Origin: a bacterium
GTDB lineage: Bacteria; UBA8248
Length of the DNA stretch: 64,000 nt
Direction of reading: 5' to 3'
Assembly: GCA_965213625.1 (NCBI GenBank)
Contig: CBDBZU010000004.1
Span: 2,880,001 to 2,944,000 of the forward strand
In this document: piece after piece, positions 18,977 through 29,643 of the stretch
Layout: each line of letters starts with the position of its first letter
How positions within the stretch are numbered: position 1 is the first letter of the stretch
Made by a program: the position numbers and the translations under genes
Notes under the pieces: generated by a model
What the model saw: the letters and a program-made list of their open reading frames with translations, nothing else
Databases searched by the model: none
What the model was told of the DNA's origin: nothing

Positions 18977-19657
18977 CTATGGTTTCTCCCAGCCGTATTT
19001 TCCCACCAGTTTCACAAAAACGCAGTTCACCAATTCCTCGGGCGCGCGCAACTCGCCCGTTCCGGAAACCCGCCATCGCACGAGGGTCTGCTTATCACCC
19101 TCCCCCAGCGGCATGACGATGCGCCCGCCGGGGGCTACCTGCTGGACCCAGGGCTTCGGCACTTGCGGCGCGGACGCCGCGCTCACGATGACGTTGAAGG
19201 GCGCCTCTTCCGGCCAGCCGTAGGTGCCGTCCGCCGTCCAGAGCATATAATTCGTCAGGCTGAAAGAATCAAGCCGCTCCCGGGCTCTTGTCGCCAATTC
19301 GGGCACCCGCTCTATGGCGCGGACGGAGCCCGCGAGCTTCCCCAAAAGCGCGGTAAGGTACCCCGAACCGGCTCCTATCTCAAGCACTTTTTCCTCGCCC
19401 CGGAGTTCCAGCGCCTCGAGCGTGGCCGCCACCATATAGGGTTGTGAGATAGTTTGCCCGTGTCCGATGGGCAGCGCCTTGTCGGCATAGGCGGTATCGC
19501 GAAAAATCTCGGGCGCGAAATGATGTCTCGGCACCTCGCGTAAGGCATCGAGCACGCGTTCGTCTGCGATTCCGCGGGAGATGATTTGTCCCTCCACCAT
19601 CTGCTCGCGCGCGCGCCGCCAGCGGTCCTCTCTTCTTCCCTTTAATGAAAACGCCAA
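18977..19657 (-). CDS. pcm: Protein-L-isoaspartate O-methyltransferase
   Basis: VPRH, GQTISQPYMVA, VLEIGAGSGY, DGTYGWPEEAPF. Confidence 0.95.
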   Translation of the reverse strand: MAFSLKGRREDRWRRAREQMVEGQIISRGIADERVLDALREVPRHHFAPEIFRDTAYADKALPIGHGQTISQPYMVAATLEALELRGEEKVLEIGAGSGYLTALLGKLAGSVRAIERVPELATRARERLDSFSLTNYMLWTADGTYGWPEEAPFNVIVSAASAPQVPKPWVQQVAPGGRIVMPLGEGDKQTLVRWRVSGTGELRAPEELVNCVFVKLVGKYGWEKP

Positions 19658-20397
19658 GATTCCAGCCCTTTCATCGCGTCGTAGTCCGTGAGGTCCAGCC
19701 TCAGTGGGGTGATGGAAACCTGGTGATTCGAAATCGCCTCGAAGTCCGTGTCGGGCTCATCCTTCCACCGGAGGCTGCCTCCTCCTATCCAGTAATACTC
19801 ACGGCCGCGCGGGTCTAATTTTTCTACGATGGCTTCCTCATAGACGCGCTTGCCCTGACGGGTAATCTTCTCCCCCCGGCATTTTTCAGGAGAAATGTTC
19901 GGGACGTTGATGTTCAGCAAAACGCCCGGATCCAGACCACGGGATAATACTTCCCTCGCGCCGGCGCGCGCAACTTTTTTCGCCAAATCGAAGCGGAGCG
20001 TCTCCCCGTCCTCATGGGCCAAGGAGACCGCCACCGCCGGAAGCCCCAGGAGGGTGGCCTCTATCGCGGCGGCCACGGTTCCCGAATAGGTGATGTCGTC
20101 GCCCAGGTTTCCGCCCCGGTTGATGCCGGAGACGAGCATGTCGGGGTGCTCGTTCTTAAGCAGGCCGTTTAAGGCGAGGTTGACGCAGTCCGTGGGCGTG
20201 CCGTCCACGGCGAACCAGTTGCGCTCCAGTTCGTTGATGCGCAGGGGGCGGTGCAAGCTCAGGGAGTGTCCCGCCGCACTCTGCTCCCTGTCCGGCGCCA
20301 CGACGATCAAGTCTCCCAGCGGAGCGAGGGCTGCGTAGAGGGCCTTTATCCCATCCGAATCGATACCGTCGTCATTGCAAAGAAGTATTCGAGCCAT
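19642..20397 (-). CDS. surE: 5'/3'-nucleotidase SurE
   Basis: ILLCNDDGI, GTPTDCV, SGINRGGNLG, YSGTVAAA. Confidence 0.96.
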   Translation of the reverse strand: MARILLCNDDGIDSDGIKALYAALAPLGDLIVVAPDREQSAAGHSLSLHRPLRINELERNWFAVDGTPTDCVNLALNGLLKNEHPDMLVSGINRGGNLGDDITYSGTVAAAIEATLLGLPAVAVSLAHEDGETLRFDLAKKVARAGAREVLSRGLDPGVLLNINVPNISPEKCRGEKITRQGKRVYEEAIVEKLDPRGREYYWIGGGSLRWKDEPDTDFEAISNHQVSITPLRLDLTDYDAMKGLESWRFH

Positions 20398-20598
20398 GGT
20401 CTTTCATGTGGCGTACGGGACGGGCGCGTCATTACGGTAATGGATTATCGTTCAGCCGGGGGCATGAGATCAACGCCGCCGGGGGTTTCGCATTAGGTGG
20501 GGCAATTGGAAAAGCCCTGATTTCGGTAGCGCGCAGCATGGAGGTTTACGTGGCGGTGGAGAGTAATCCTTCACGGTGCGCATGGGCGCGATGGTTTT

Positions 20599-20757
20599 GT
20601 AGGGACAGGCCTCCGTGCCTGTCCAGGGTCGAGACCTGTCCTTATACGGCGGTTTAGTTTTGTTCGTCATTCCGGCGAAAGCCGGAATGACGGCGGGTAA
20701 TCTCGATTGAAGAGGAGCGAATCCCTCATCAGGACAGGCACGGAGGCCTGTCCCTAC
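20599..20757. repeat. GTAG-type REPIN with nested CGTCATTCCGGC-GAAA-GCCGGAATGACG hairpin
   Basis: Perfect 26-bp inverted pair GTAGGGACAGGCCTCCGTGCCTGTCC at both ends; nested hairpin at 20665-20692. Confidence 0.8.
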
Positions 20758-20896
20758 AGCGAACGATTCCGAAAGTCGTGCAGTGGGAATTTCAACAACC
20801 TCCCATGGTCCAGGCCTTTTCTTGGAGGCCGCCGCTTGCTTTAATGAATCTTAGAGATTACAAAACCGGAATCACGCCATTTATCGAGGAGCGCAC

Positions 20897-22216
20897 ATGA
20901 ACGAGGAAACCAGGCCCGAGGAAACGGCCCCGAGAGCGTTTCACTTCGACACCAACGCCCTCCATGCGGGTGCGCGGCCCGACCCCGCCACCGGTGCGCG
21001 GGCCGTGCCGATCTACCAATCCACCGGTTTCGTTTTCGACGACGACGAACACGCCGCAGGCCTCTTCGCCCTGCAGGATTACGGATACGTCTACACGCGA
21101 ATTGGAAACCCCACCACGAGCGTTTTCGAGGAGCGCATCGCGGCCCTGGAGGGAGGCGTCGGCGGGTTGGCGACGGCCTCGGGACAGGCCGCCCAATTCG
21201 TCGCGCTGTTCACCCTGACGAACCCGGGGGATGAAATCGTTTCCTCCGCCGCCCTCTACGGGGGCACCTACACGCAGTTCGACATCACCCTCAGAAAACT
21301 CGGCATCAACACGACATTCGTCGACCCGACCAGGCCGGAGGACTTCCGGGCCGCGGTGACGGAGAAAACGCGCGTCATCTACTGCGAGACGATAGGGAAC
21401 CCGGCCACCAACGTCGCCGACTTGGAAGCCCTGGCGAAAATTGCGGACGATGCGGGGGTTCCCCTCGTCGTGGACAACACTTTTGCGACTCCCTACCTCT
21501 GCCGCCCCATCGAGTGGGGAGCGGACATCGTTCTGCATTCGGCCACAAAATTCATCGACGGGCACGGCACGAGCATCGGCGGCGTCATCGTGGATTCGGG
21601 CCGCTTCGACTGGGCGAACGGGAAGTTCCCCGGCATGGTCGACCCCTCGCCAGGCTATCATGGGCTGCGATTCTTCGAGACCTTCGGCGAGTTGGGTTTC
21701 CTGATGAAGGCGCGCGCGGAGAGCCTGCGCGACATCGGGTCGTGCCTGAGCCCGTTCAACGGGTTTCTGCTGGCCCATGGGCTGGAAACCCTGAGCCTGC
21801 GGATGGAGCGTCATTGCGAGAACGCGCAGAAGGTGGCCGATTATCTCGCGCAGGATGCGCGCATCAGTTACGTAAATTTCCCCGGACTGGCGGAGAACCC
21901 CGAGCACGAGCGGGCGAAAAAATATCTGCCGAACGGCCAGGGCGCCGTCTTTTCCTTCGGCGTTCAAGGCGGATTCGATGCGGCCGTCCGCTTCATCAAC
22001 GCTCTTCAGCTGCACAGCCATCTCGCGAACGTCGGCGACGCCAAGAGCCTCATCATCCACCCGGCGTCCACGACGCACGCCCAGTTGAGCGAGGAGGACA
22101 TGAAGGCGGGGAACCTCACGCCCGACCTCGTCCGGATATCGGTTGGCCTCGAACATATCGACGACATTCTGTGGGACCTCGACCAGGCCCTCGATGCGGC
22201 GACGGCAGGCGCATGA
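20897..22216 (+). CDS. metY: O-acetylhomoserine sulfhydrylase (paralogue 2)
   Basis: [49 protein letters not shown]. Confidence 0.92.
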   Translation: MNEETRPEETAPRAFHFDTNALHAGARPDPATGARAVPIYQSTGFVFDDDEHAAGLFALQDYGYVYTRIGNPTTSVFEERIAALEGGVGGLATASGQAAQFVALFTLTNPGDEIVSSAALYGGTYTQFDITLRKLGINTTFVDPTRPEDFRAAVTEKTRVIYCETIGNPATNVADLEALAKIADDAGVPLVVDNTFATPYLCRPIEWGADIVLHSATKFIDGHGTSIGGVIVDSGRFDWANGKFPGMVDPSPGYHGLRFFETFGELGFLMKARAESLRDIGSCLSPFNGFLLAHGLETLSLRMERHCENAQKVADYLAQDARISYVNFPGLAENPEHERAKKYLPNGQGAVFSFGVQGGFDAAVRFINALQLHSHLANVGDAKSLIIHPASTTHAQLSEEDMKAGNLTPDLVRISVGLEHIDDILWDLDQALDAATAGA

Positions 22217-22695
22217 TGGATTTTTCCGAATACCAGAACCCACGCACGATTCGCCGCATCCTGCGGAATCACCGCCGCGTGGCGATGGTGGGGCTTTCAG
22301 CGAACGAGTCGAGACCCAGCTATTTCGTCGGCTATTACCTCCAGAGAATGGGCTTCGAGGTGATCCCGGTGAATCCGAGATACGAGCAGATTCTGGGCGA
22401 GAAATCCTACCCCGACATTGCATCGATACCCGAGCCTCCCGACGTGGTGGACGTTTTTCGCAGGCCGGATGAAATTTCAGAAGTGGTCGACGAAGCGATT
22501 ACCGTCGGCGCGAAATCCCTCTGGCTGCAATTCGAAGTGGTGAACGAGGCCGAAGCCGCTCGCGCGCAACGCGCAGGGCTTCTCGTCGTCATGGACAAAT
22601 GCATGAAGATAGAACATGGCCGCCTGCGGGGCGGTTTACATACAGCGGGGATGAGAACCGGCGTCATCACGACGCGCCGCAGCCCGCTCATTTAG
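22213..22695 (+). CDS. CoA-binding protein (YccU-like)
   Basis: VAMVGLS...RPSY...IPVNP...VDVFR...LWLQ...MDKCMKIEH; ATGA overlap with metY. Confidence 0.9.
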   Translation: MMDFSEYQNPRTIRRILRNHRRVAMVGLSANESRPSYFVGYYLQRMGFEVIPVNPRYEQILGEKSYPDIASIPEPPDVVDVFRRPDEISEVVDEAITVGAKSLWLQFEVVNEAEAARAQRAGLLVVMDKCMKIEHGRLRGGLHTAGMRTGVITTRRSPLI

Positions 22696-23232
22696 GGGTT
22701 GTCGAAAACTCCTGATAAAGAATGCTTCAACGCGTTCTACGAGAAGCAACAGATACACTCTCCCATTATTTGCCACTCCGCCTCGGTTTGTAAAATCACT
22801 TTCCCCTTTGAGGGGGTTGAATAACCCCCGTGGAGTGATTTTGGTTGCACGCGCGCTTTTGAAGTTCACTCCCCCCTTGAGGGGGAGTCGATGAAGCCGA
22901 GCGATTTGCGCGAAGGCTGAATCGGTGGGGGGTAAAATGCGCTTTATTGCCATTCCGAATCATACCCCCCACCAGTTCACTTTCGGGCTTGCGCCCTCAG
23001 TTCACTGACTCCCCCTCAAGGGGGGAGTGAATTTTCCTCTTTCATTTGTCGCATCGAGCCCTTGTTCATTGGGATTTTCAATACCACTCTGGAATCGAAA
23101 GAATTCCTCCTTCCACAGTCGGATTTCACCACCGCCGTCATTCCGTTGTCATTTCCGAATAAGACGAGAATCGTTCCCTCACCTCTCTGCTCCATACACC
23201 GAATCACGGAATCGGGCCTTTTCAACAGCCCC
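22695..23232. mobile_element. Composite MITE-like element with IS1182-type ends enclosing a REPIN
   Basis: GGGGTTGTCGAAAA ... TTTTCAACAGCCCC; right ~45 bp homologous to 62547-62590. Confidence 0.6.
22865..23031. repeat. Intact REPIN-like element (empty form of the IS1182 target)
   Basis: TTCACTCCCCCCTTGAGGGGGAGTC ... GACTCCCCCTCAAGGGGGGAGTGAA terminal inverted repeats; internal GGTGGGGGGTA / TACCCCCCACC stem. Confidence 0.85.
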
Positions 23233-23353
23233 TTCCGTCCCGAATTTCGGAATGTGGTTGCTTTTCCGGTAGTTAGGGAACTTGCAAATCCCCGAAAAAT
23301 CCTTTACAAATTCTAAGAGGTCTGCCGCTAAGCCGTTTCTCCACGGGGATGAC

Positions 23354-24034
23354 ATGACCAGACTCAAGATCCTGATCCTCGGGATGCATCTGTTCCCCCT
23401 GTGCATAGTCCCAACCGCCCTCGCGGAAAATAAATATCTCGTCGAAATGAGAGCCATTTCCGGTCTGCCCCACATCGTTTTCTCTCGCGGAAAAAAAGTC
23501 GACCTCAGAGGCCGGCGTTCGATGCTCCCTGGCGATCACATCGTCACGAGCGCGAGATCGCGGGCGCTCATTCATTTCCGCCGCCGTCCGGGCTGCACGC
23601 TCGTGGTGGAACCGAACACTTCCTTTCAGTTGGTCGGCCTGAAGCGCGGCGGAACGTATACGACGAAACTGAACAGGGGCACGGTGAAGTGCGTCCAAGC
23701 TACTTGCGGACTGAGATTGCGCGTGATGACACCTGCGGGTGAATTGCTCGGCCAGGGAGTTGAATTCGCCCTGAAAGCCTATGACCGCTTCACCACCGTA
23801 TCTCTCAAAAAAGGACGAATGCGCCTGCTTGTCGGCGGTCAGGCCGTCCCGTTGCGCGAGATGACGCGCACCACGGTTTCGAAAACGGGGGGACACCGGA
23901 TCGCCACGATGTACAGCGGCGACCCCCGGATGCCCAGCCTCTTCTCTCCGCTTCCCGGAATTTCTCCCACTTCTTCAAAACGCCGTTTCCGAGGCAAATA
24001 CATTTCCCCGGCCTCGATGACGCGAAGCCCTTGA
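23354..24034 (+). CDS. Secreted FecR-domain protein
   Basis: Signal peptide; LPGDHIVT..SRALI..LVVEPNT..L..G..TPAG..G.EF..VSLKKG pattern. Confidence 0.6.
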   Translation: MTRLKILILGMHLFPLCIVPTALAENKYLVEMRAISGLPHIVFSRGKKVDLRGRRSMLPGDHIVTSARSRALIHFRRRPGCTLVVEPNTSFQLVGLKRGGTYTTKLNRGTVKCVQATCGLRLRVMTPAGELLGQGVEFALKAYDRFTTVSLKKGRMRLLVGGQAVPLREMTRTTVSKTGGHRIATMYSGDPRMPSLFSPLPGISPTSSKRRFRGKYISPASMTRSP

Positions 24035-24155
24035 CGCGCACCACGCTTAAGCCTTACTAAATAGCCTGTGACATTTCTTTCGCCGAAAACTCGACGCGGA
24101 CCGGCCCATATGCCCTGGCGCGTCCGGGCCTTTTGCGCGGAACATTTCTTTCGGT

Positions 24156-24232
<77 letters not shown>

Positions 24233-24280
24233 TTTTAATTCTTTTGCGTTGAGTGGACAGCGCGTCCGGCGAGGAGGCGA

Positions 24281-25192
24281 GTGGTGGAGCTTGGTTTCAT
24301 TGGCCTGGGAAGAATGGGAAGCGAGATTAGCGCACACCTCATTCGGGCCGGTCATGAGGTAACGGCTTACGACGTTCGAGAGGAAGCTACCCTGGAAGCC
24401 GAGAGAATAGGCGCGCGCGCAGGACGCAGCCCGGCGGACGTGGCTTCCCGCTCAGAAGTCATCTTTACATCCTTGCCGCACCCGAACATATCGCGCGAAG
24501 TGATTCTGGGTGAGGAGGGAATTCTGGCGGGCGCGCGAGACGGCGCGCTGCTGGCGGAGACGAGCACCGTCTCCCCTTCCCTCATCAAGGAGCTTGCCCC
24601 ACAGGTGCGCGCGCAAGGTGCGGAGTTGATGGATGCCGCCGTAAGCGGCGGCGTGCAGGGGGCCAAGGCGGGCACCCTCACCCTGATGGTGGGCGGCGGC
24701 GAAGCGGGGTTCGAGAAGCTCAAACCCCTTCTCGAGCATTTCGGAAAAAACGTCTTTCATTGCGGCGTATCCGGGATGGGGATGCTGTTCAAGGTCGTGA
24801 ACAACATGCTCTCGCACGTGAACCTCGCAGCCTTGACCGAGGCCATGGCCCTGGGGGTGGCGGCGGGCGCCGACCCCGATCTGCTGTGCGACGTCATCGC
24901 CGTCAGTTCGGGCCGCAGCCGACAGGTGGAAGACAGGCTCAGAAAGCACATTCTGCCGGGGGAGTTCACGCCCGGGATGACGACCGACCTCGCGACGAAG
25001 GATTCCGACCTTTGCCTCGAGCTGGCCCGAGAACTCCGGGTTCCCACCTTCATCGCAAGCGCTACGCATCACGTTTATGAGATGGCGATACAGAAAGGAT
25101 ACGGGGCCGAAGAATACGCCTCGCTCATCAAGCTCTGGGAGGAATGGCTGGACATCGAGGTGCGCTCGCCCGGCGCCGGACGGAACGGCTGA
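24281..25192 (+). CDS. Beta-hydroxyacid dehydrogenase (3-hydroxyisobutyrate / tartronate semialdehyde reductase family)
   Basis: GFIGLGRMG, DAAVSGG, GTLTLMVGG, KVVNN. Confidence 0.9.
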   Translation: MVELGFIGLGRMGSEISAHLIRAGHEVTAYDVREEATLEAERIGARAGRSPADVASRSEVIFTSLPHPNISREVILGEEGILAGARDGALLAETSTVSPSLIKELAPQVRAQGAELMDAAVSGGVQGAKAGTLTLMVGGGEAGFEKLKPLLEHFGKNVFHCGVSGMGMLFKVVNNMLSHVNLAALTEAMALGVAAGADPDLLCDVIAVSSGRSRQVEDRLRKHILPGEFTPGMTTDLATKDSDLCLELARELRVPTFIASATHHVYEMAIQKGYGAEEYASLIKLWEEWLDIEVRSPGAGRNG

Positions 25193-25261
25193 AACCCAGG
25201 AAAGAAACTCTCGATAAGACTTGAAATCCCCTCGCCCACCGTGACGTGAAGGATACGGAAT

Positions 25262-25816
25262 ATGACTCCGGAAGAGATGTTCGATGAGGCATTTGACTCC
25301 GCTTTCAAAGACAGAAGAAACCTGATCCCATTCCTGGAGGGCATCGACACCGCCCACGTGCACTGGCGGCCTCCAGACGGCGAATGGTCCCTGCACGAGA
25401 ACCTCGAACACATCCTTTTGGCAGACGATTATTACGCGCACTCCATCGAAAGGAATCTCACCGAGGCGGCGGAGTCCGGCTCGTGGGATAAGGGGCCCGA
25501 GAATCCCCAGAAGATGAGCCGGGAGGCGCTCAGGCGCAGGGAGCAGGGCCGGGTTCCGGCGCCCGATTTCGTCATCCCGAAAGGCGAAGGCGAATTCGGT
25601 GACATGATTGCTAAACTCATGCCCAACCGGGAGGCGCTTCACCAGATGATGCTCCCCCACCGGAGCACCGACATGAGCCGCTTCACGCATAAACATTTCC
25701 GCTACGGCGACCTCAACATATACGACCGCATCGTCTATTCGGGCACGCACGATTATCTCCATCAGGACCAGATGACGCGCGTCCTCCAGGCTCCGGGCTA
25801 CCCGGGAAGCGGATGA
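25262..25816 (+). CDS. DinB-superfamily protein
   Basis: WRPPDGEWSLHENLEHI ... HDYLHQDQM histidine triad. Confidence 0.8.
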   Translation: MTPEEMFDEAFDSAFKDRRNLIPFLEGIDTAHVHWRPPDGEWSLHENLEHILLADDYYAHSIERNLTEAAESGSWDKGPENPQKMSREALRRREQGRVPAPDFVIPKGEGEFGDMIAKLMPNREALHQMMLPHRSTDMSRFTHKHFRYGDLNIYDRIVYSGTHDYLHQDQMTRVLQAPGYPGSG

Positions 25817-25849
25817 TCCGTCCGGCTCACAAATCCGCAGAAACCACCA

Positions 25850-27253
25850 ATGAGTGATTGGACGATAACGGCGCTACGCGATGCCTATCGCGCCGGTGAA
25901 GTCTCCCCTGTCGAAGTCGCCGACGACGCCCTTGCCCTCATCAGAGAATGGAATCTTCACCTGAGGGCCTTCGTGCACGTCAGCGAAAGAGAAATGCGCA
26001 GGGCGGCGCGGGAATCCGAACGAAGATTCCGATTCGGCGATGAAATCGGGCCTCTCGACGGGGTTCCCGTGGCCTACAAGGACCTCTGCTACATACCGGG
26101 AACTCCCACCACTTGCGGAAGCGTCATGTTCGAAGACGACCCGCCCCAGGATGCGGTATCGAGCGTCTGGAAGCGCCTCGATGATGCCGGGACCGTCAAC
26201 ATGGGCAAGCTGAACATGGCGGAACTCGCCATGGGACCGACGGGACGAAACAAGCATTTTGGAGACCCGCAGAATCCCTGGAAGCAGGACCATGTTACGG
26301 GGGGTTCGAGCAGCGGGTCGGGATGCGCGGTGGCCGGGGGACTGGCGCTGGCCGCTATCGGCACGGATACGGGCGGCTCCATCCGGCTGCCCGCGGCATT
26401 TTGCGGCGTCGTGGGCCTGAAACCCACGAATGGCCGCGTGAGCCGGCATGGGGGGATGCCGCTTTCCTGGACGCTTGACACCTTTGGCCCGCTCACGCGA
26501 ACGGTGGCGGACAACGCGCTGGTGCTCTCCGACATCGCGGGCGCTGACCCCCGGGACGCGAGTTCAAGTGCGCGGCCCGTACCCGATTACGCCCAAGCGC
26601 TCGGGGAGAGCATCGAAGGCGTCCGCGTGGGCGTTCTGGAAGGCGCGGAATTAAGCGGCGCATCAGAGGAGGTGAGAACGGCTTACACGCAAGTATGCGA
26701 GGCGCTCGAACGCCTGGGCGCGCGTCTCGCACCAATGACGCCTCCTGATACGGAAGAACTCGAGGAACTCGCCAACACGATATTCAAATACGAGGCGCTG
26801 TTGATACACGGCGAGCGTCTGGAGGAATACGAAGACCAGGTGACGCCGGAAATTCTGGCGAGACTGGAAGCCGGGCGCGGGATTCGCGGGGCGGAGTATC
26901 GCGCTGCACTCGAAAGGCGTGAGGAACTGATCCGCCGCTACGAGAGCGAGGTGTTCTCAGCCGTGGACGTTATGGCCGGACCGACCACGCCCGTGCCCGC
27001 GCCCTCTCACGCGCAGGCGCGCTCGGATGCCGAGGGACTGATAGCCTCGCTGACGCGCTTCACGCGCTGGGTGAACACCCTGGGCGCGCCGGCGATATCC
27101 CTGCCCTGCGGGTTTTCGGGAGACGGTCTGCCGCTTGGGGCGCAGTTCGTCGGGCCTGATTTCAGCGAGGCGGCGCTCTACAAAGTCGCCCACGCCGTGG
27201 AGGCGGAAATCGGCGGCTGGGCGAAATCGCCCACGTTCGAGTCATTCCGGTGA
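25850..27253 (+). CDS. Amidase (amidase signature family)
   Basis: GVPVAYKD, GGSSSGSG, GTDTGGSIRLPA. Confidence 0.92.
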   Translation: MSDWTITALRDAYRAGEVSPVEVADDALALIREWNLHLRAFVHVSEREMRRAARESERRFRFGDEIGPLDGVPVAYKDLCYIPGTPTTCGSVMFEDDPPQDAVSSVWKRLDDAGTVNMGKLNMAELAMGPTGRNKHFGDPQNPWKQDHVTGGSSSGSGCAVAGGLALAAIGTDTGGSIRLPAAFCGVVGLKPTNGRVSRHGGMPLSWTLDTFGPLTRTVADNALVLSDIAGADPRDASSSARPVPDYAQALGESIEGVRVGVLEGAELSGASEEVRTAYTQVCEALERLGARLAPMTPPDTEELEELANTIFKYEALLIHGERLEEYEDQVTPEILARLEAGRGIRGAEYRAALERREELIRRYESEVFSAVDVMAGPTTPVPAPSHAQARSDAEGLIASLTRFTRWVNTLGAPAISLPCGFSGDGLPLGAQFVGPDFSEAALYKVAHAVEAEIGGWAKSPTFESFR

Positions 27254-27280
27254 ACCATAGGCGCGGCAATCTGCCCACCT

Positions 27281-28678
27281 TCAACGGTGCAAGCGCGGGT
27301 TTTCCAGATACGCCAGGCTGTCCTCGGCGGCTTCCACGCCGCTTATCATTGCGCCATTCAGGGAAGGCAGCCGCGTGTAGTCGCCGGCAATGAACACCCC
27401 CCCTATACGGTCCGGGAGACGGGTACGCATCTCATGCATCTCCCTGAGCATTCCGCCGGGCATCAAACATATGGCTTCCGGCCATCGGTACACCTTCCCG
27501 AAAACGGGTTGTTCGGGCATTGCTCGAAAGAACCGGCGCATTTCGCCCATGACACGGCGCAGGACCTCATCGTCACTGCAGGAGAACAACTTTCTTGCGT
27601 GTTCGTCTATCACCAGCGCGTGAACAAGGGTCTTCCCGGGTGGCGCCGCTTCAGGGGTGAGGCCCGCCAGGTTGGTGACCATGGTCAGAAACGTCGGAGA
27701 ACCCTGGGGAAAAAGGGCCGCATGGCAATCCTCCGGCAGGATGTTCACATTCAGGCCGAACGCTACATTGCAGCATGAACTGTAGGTGACACGCTCCAGC
27801 ACCTCCCGCACCGCCGGGTCCGGGATGATGCGCGCGGCGGTCGAGGACGTGGTTGCGCAAATGACCGCGTCCGCGCGGATTTCTTCTCCACTTACCGTGA
27901 CGACACCCCTTGCCGCCCCGGCCTCGGTGAGAATTCGTTCTACCGGCGTGGCGACACGGATGGAGTCTGCAACGGTATCGGTTAGAGCCTTGGCGAGTGT
28001 AGCGATTCCCTGCTTAGGCAGATAGCTGCGCTCAGCCTGATTGAAGGTCCAGAGCCATAGCAGCGCCATTCCATAAGCAGCCCCCACCTGCTCGGGTCTG
28101 CCCCCCGTGAAGCAGTTGATGTCCAGTTCCCCGCCGTGCTTCAGATATCGGTTCAGGTTATTGGTACGGGCAAATTCGGCGAAACTCTCCCCCGTGTCCA
28201 GGTCGAAGATTCGAGTGTGGTCCTCGAAGTCGAGTTCGTCGCTGTGTTTCCTCAGCATCGCGAAAAGGCGCGCAAACTCCCACATTCCCCTCAGCGAATT
28301 CTGCGGCGAGAAAAACATGGTGCGGAGGCTATCCAGCTTCTGCTTCAGCGACCCCCCCACGTACAGGCTCCAGAATCGTCCGTCAGCGAAACTCTGCGCA
28401 CCTTTCTTGCCGGGACTCGGGTGGAGCTCCACGTCCAGCGCACGCGCCACTTTCCTAACGGTTGCGAATGACTCGTGGATGACGCTGGCGCCGCCGTACA
28501 CCTGAAAGCCGTCGACCTCCTCGCAAAACATGCGACCGCCAATCCTCTCCGAGGCTTCCAGTATCTGGACCCGGTAGTCGCCATGTCGGCGGTGCGATGC
28601 GAGTGTCCACGCGGCGGCCAAGCCTGCGGCGCCTGCCCCTACGATAATGATTTTCCGTGCGTCCGGATGCGACCTCAT
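27281..28678 (-). CDS. FAD-dependent amine oxidase / protoporphyrinogen oxidase-family oxidoreductase
   Basis: IVGAGAAGLAAA, LEASERIGGR, AGDYT..PSLNGAMISG; RBS GGGGGAG before ATG 28678. Confidence 0.82.
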   Translation of the reverse strand: MRSHPDARKIIIVGAGAAGLAAAWTLASHRRHGDYRVQILEASERIGGRMFCEEVDGFQVYGGASVIHESFATVRKVARALDVELHPSPGKKGAQSFADGRFWSLYVGGSLKQKLDSLRTMFFSPQNSLRGMWEFARLFAMLRKHSDELDFEDHTRIFDLDTGESFAEFARTNNLNRYLKHGGELDINCFTGGRPEQVGAAYGMALLWLWTFNQAERSYLPKQGIATLAKALTDTVADSIRVATPVERILTEAGAARGVVTVSGEEIRADAVICATTSSTAARIIPDPAVREVLERVTYSSCCNVAFGLNVNILPEDCHAALFPQGSPTFLTMVTNLAGLTPEAAPPGKTLVHALVIDEHARKLFSCSDDEVLRRVMGEMRRFFRAMPEQPVFGKVYRWPEAICLMPGGMLREMHEMRTRLPDRIGGVFIAGDYTRLPSLNGAMISGVEAAEDSLAYLENPRLHR

Positions 28679-29380
28679 GTTCTCCCCCCTGACGTTTTCG
28701 CCTGACCGGCAGCCGCCCGTTCCGAGGTAGCCATCGCCACGAGCAGTAAGCGTCCCGGCAAGCACACTTCTTTCCGCGCGCGTTCTCAAAGAACGGCTAT
28801 GCTGCGCGGAGGCGAAGCCCCGGGCGCAAACGTGTTCGCGCTTTCGATTGTCTTGCGGAAAACTTCCGTCAAGGGGACAGTTGGTATGGATGAGCTTCCT
28901 TGCGGCTGCGAGTGAGCCGCCGGATGAGATCGTTCCCTTCCCGTCTGTTCTGTCGGGTCGCTTCCCTCGTGATGCGGAAATGATAGCCACTAACGCCGCA
29001 TTCGCACAAGGCGGAAACTTTCGTACGCAAAGAAACCTTGAACCGGGGAGGGAGCGGCGCAATGCGGACGCAGTAGTTCACGATTGGCGTTATGGCTTTT
29101 CGGCGGAACGGACGAAAAATTCCGCACGGAAAAGGGTGTGTTCTCATTGACGTGGGTAGGGGGAATACGGACCGGCAATACAGAGCGTGATGAAAACTGC
29201 AGCCACTCACGATCGGCAAACGATTCCTATTCCGCCACGCAGACCACTTCTTCATCAGTCGTGATTGATCTTTTCCGCCAGGAGCCGATCTTCTTCACTT
29301 GGAATTGAAGGCGCACTCACGGTCATCAGCCCCGTGACGCCCGCATGTGGGAGGACGGAGCGATTCGACGCGCTCAGGCC

Positions 29381-29580
29381 CGTGGAATTTCTGAAAAATT
29401 CGATAAAATTAGATAAATTCACGGGTTTTTTCGATAAATTTCCGTAAATTTTCAAAGGGAATTGCAGGGAAATGCGGGGAATCCAGGAGGTGCAAATCTC
29501 CCTCCTGAGAAAAACATCACGAGGATACCACGGCCCGGGAGGCGTGCGCGCAGCGGCAAATGCGGGGAATTGCGGGGTTC
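29381..29580. repeat. 10-bp-periodic intergenic array (GATAAATT and AAATGCGGGG units)
   Basis: cgtggaattt/ctgaaaaatt/cgataaaatt/agataaattc/acgggttttt/tcgataaatt/tccgtaaatt, then gggaattgca/gggaaatgcg/gggaatcc. Confidence 0.6.
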
Positions 29581-29643
29581 AAAACACCCGGTCGAAAGCC
29601 TGTTAGAGGAAACACTACGCAGTTCGAAGGAGAGGCTTGAAAG

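Noticed and set aside
21514-22212. N-terminal extension of the 393-aa ORF
   Set aside because: Overlaps metY out of frame; the CoA-binding protein starts at 22213
28700-29340. Riboswitch, ncRNA or pseudogene in the long gap
   Set aside because: No recognisable RNA motif or protein similarity in any frame
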